From Thermoproteota archaeon (lineage in GTDB: Archaea; Korarchaeota; Korarchaeia; Korarchaeales; Korarchaeaceae), in assembly GCA_027491395.1 (NCBI GenBank), contig JAOZFI010000034.1, forward strand, positions 1 to 26,119: 26,119 bases of DNA, in the 5' to 3' direction. Positions 24,272 through 26,119 of the stretch are shown one piece after another (position 1 is the stretch's first letter; each line of letters begins with the position of its first letter). A program made the position numbers and the translations under genes. Below the pieces are notes generated by a model. The model was not told the DNA's origin, ran no database searches, and was given only the letters and a program-made list of their open reading frames with translations.

Positions 24272-26119
24272 TCATCTCCCCCGGCCCTTCCTTCTCCCCC
24301 TTCTCACCCTAGCTGGGGTCCGAGAGGGCTCCCACCAGTACCTCTTGTCTAGGTAGTAGAGGGCGGCGAAGCTTATCAGGAAGAAGAGAAGGGCCTCGAG
24401 TAGATACTTGGTCTCATCGAAGGATTTGTAGAGGATCCTGCTCGGGGAGAGATCCTCTCTCGGGACATCGAGGTCGCTGATCAATTGCGCGTTATCCGCC
24501 ATGACGATCGTGAACTTGGCCCTGCTGGTCCTCACCTCGCTCGTCCTGGGGATATAGCGGGAGAAGCGGTGGTATCTAATGAGGGCGATGCTTCCCTCGG
24601 CTTCAACCGTGACGGGAAGCCTGAACCTGACGGTGATGTTCCCTCCCACTTTGCCCTCTCCTCCTACTCCCTCCAGGTCCAAGTCGATGTAGAAGCCCTG
24701 ACCTCCCCTGAACCTGACCGAGGATGCCCTCACCTCCACAATGGAGGAGTTGGTGTAGATCCTCCGGCCGCCCTCAGAGTACCAGATCGGCCTCCCCTTC
24801 ACCTTCACCGAGCCGGTCGCGTTGAATCCCGTGACAACAGCTTTCACGGGAGGCATCTCCCACCTCCCCGCCTTTAACTCTAGCTTGGGTGGATCGAAGG
24901 ATCTTTTTGTATCGGACAGGTTCCTCAACCCCCTGTCGACCCACTCGCTCATGTCTAGATCCCCGGACCCGCCGAGCACGCTCACGAGGGTGGATCCATC
25001 AGGGGGGCTCCATCTCAGCGAATGGACGCCCTCGACGCGACCGGAGAGATTTCCGGTGAAGTTCCCTGTCTCCAGTCCGAGGATACCCAACTTCTCTACC
25101 GGAGGCAATCTTTGAGCCCTCCCGTTCACGAGGGCAGTGAGGTTTCCACCGTACAGGGAGAGGGTGATGTTCACGCACTCGTCGGTGGGCTTGACCGGTA
25201 CCCTGAAGGGCTTCCCGCTCAGGACCTTCCCTCCGCTCACCACCCTGTGGATCCCGAATCCCCTGTCCAAGTAGACTTGGAATATGCGGTACTCGCCGAA
25301 GTTGACGAAGTCGTATATCAGGGCCACGTACCCCAGCATGCGCCCGCACGCCCTGACCGTGTAGTTACCCTGATCCAGCTGGAAAGAGCTTATGGCCTCT
25401 CCTCTCTTGCCAGTCACCTTCAACGCACTGCCCTCGGAGAAATTACCCCATATGTAGAGCCACCGCAGGTCGTAAGGGCTGCTGGGGAGTTCCTCGTCAA
25501 CGCGAACTTCGGGCGATGGGGGGCCGATGTAGAGTCCGGGCGGGGCGAGGGGATCGTCGCTCATGTAAATGGTGTGAACAGGGAGCGAAGGCCTTAGGAG
25601 CTCGTAGGCCACTAGGGCCCTCCTTCTTAGGTAAGTGTCCGCGGGAAGCACCACGGCGAGGCTCGAGTTGAGCACCGGAGGTGAGGATAGGTTGAGCACG
25701 GTGATGGAGGGGTATTCCCGGATGGGTCCCATGAACCACCTCAGGTAGTTGAAGGACGAGTTATCCCTCTCCAAGAAGCCGACGTCCCCAATCGTCATGA
25801 CGGCTGCGACCCTCTCGCTTCTGGAGAGGTTAGAGAGGGTATAGAGGGCCACCTCCGGACCGTAAGAGATCCAAGGAGCGAGCATCCTCATGTTGGTTGG
25901 AGGCGAGAGCAACGCCATTACCGCGAGGGAGTAGGCTGAAAGGGAGAGAGCGGGTATGTCATGCTCCTCGAAGAACCTCGAGTTCACGGCGAAGTCGAAG
26001 TCCTCATCCAGTAGAGCTCCTATCCTGTTGGAGGTGACGAGATGCCAGTGCTTCACGCTCAGGGCCGTGGAGGAGTACCCGGAGAAGATCACGAGGCCGA
26101 GGAGGAGCGAGGCGAGCAA
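24272..26119 (-). CDS. Large membrane-anchored extracellular protein, partial (start probably beyond the window)
   Basis: The frame is open to the window edge. It has a hydrophobic segment at the edge, a beta-rich body with many N-x-S/T sequons, and a C-terminal TM plus Arg/Lys tail. Confidence 0.8.
   Translation of the reverse strand: MLASLLLGLVIFSGYSSTALSVKHWHLVTSNRIGALLDEDFDFAVNSRFFEEHDIPALSLSAYSLAVMALLSPPTNMRMLAPWISYGPEVALYTLSNLSRSERVAAVMTIGDVGFLERDNSSFNYLRWFMGPIREYPSITVLNLSSPPVLNSSLAVVLPADTYLRRRALVAYELLRPSLPVHTIYMSDDPLAPPGLYIGPPSPEVRVDEELPSSPYDLRWLYIWGNFSEGSALKVTGKRGEAISSFQLDQGNYTVRACGRMLGYVALIYDFVNFGEYRIFQVYLDRGFGIHRVVSGGKVLSGKPFRVPVKPTDECVNITLSLYGGNLTALVNGRAQRLPPVEKLGILGLETGNFTGNLSGRVEGVHSLRWSPPDGSTLVSVLGGSGDLDMSEWVDRGLRNLSDTKRSFDPPKLELKAGRWEMPPVKAVVTGFNATGSVKVKGRPIWYSEGGRRIYTNSSIVEVRASSVRFRGGQGFYIDLDLEGVGGEGKVGGNITVRFRLPVTVEAEGSIALIRYHRFSRYIPRTSEVRTSRAKFTIVMADNAQLISDLDVPREDLSPSRILYKSFDETKYLLEALLFFLISFAALYYLDKRYWWEPSRTPARVRRGRRKGRGR

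Noticed and set aside
4107-25739. Numerous antisense or alternate-frame ORFs overlapping the ABC, MFS, CLC and other genes (e.g. 18037-18816, 17272-17919, 25022-25597)
   Set aside because: They lie largely within well-supported genes, as expected from GC-rich codon bias, and show no motifs.
1-26119. CRISPR arrays, tRNA/rRNA genes, transposases or integrases
   Set aside because: No regularly spaced repeats, no tRNA cloverleaf with a T-loop consensus, and no recombinase or transposase motifs were seen by eye.

Overview
Archaeal chromosomal DNA, probably from a thermophile. This rests on AGG/ATA-rich codon usage, GGAGGTG ribosome-binding sites, TATA/BRE promoters and many leaderless genes; a Korarchaeota/Thermoproteota-like origin is an inference. 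The window holds a CUT1 sugar ABC system whose ATPase gene faces the malEFG-like genes convergently, and a Liv-type ABC system with divergent ATPase genes next to a creatininase-family gene. It also carries three HEPN/MNT toxin-antitoxin-type pairs, a DtxR/MntR-FeoA regulator, an MBL hydrolase, an MFS transporter, a DUF2848-like gene, a CLC-CBS protein and several membrane proteins. At least four genes are broken: a GNAT-ACT fusion, an SDR, a 4Fe-4S protein and an ion-channel-like protein. Signals the ORF track does not explain: (1) a GC-rich, closed three-hairpin RNA candidate at 9791-9877 with its own well-placed TATA box, directly upstream of the sugar-binding protein gene; (2) a missed 52-aa Cys-rich microprotein; (3) an MNT/HEPN pair in which both the catalytic and the likely acceptor motifs appear altered; (4) a CLC with non-canonical selectivity and proton-coupling residues. 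No rRNA, tRNA, CRISPR array or transposase was seen. All family calls come from motif recognition by eye; no database search was run.
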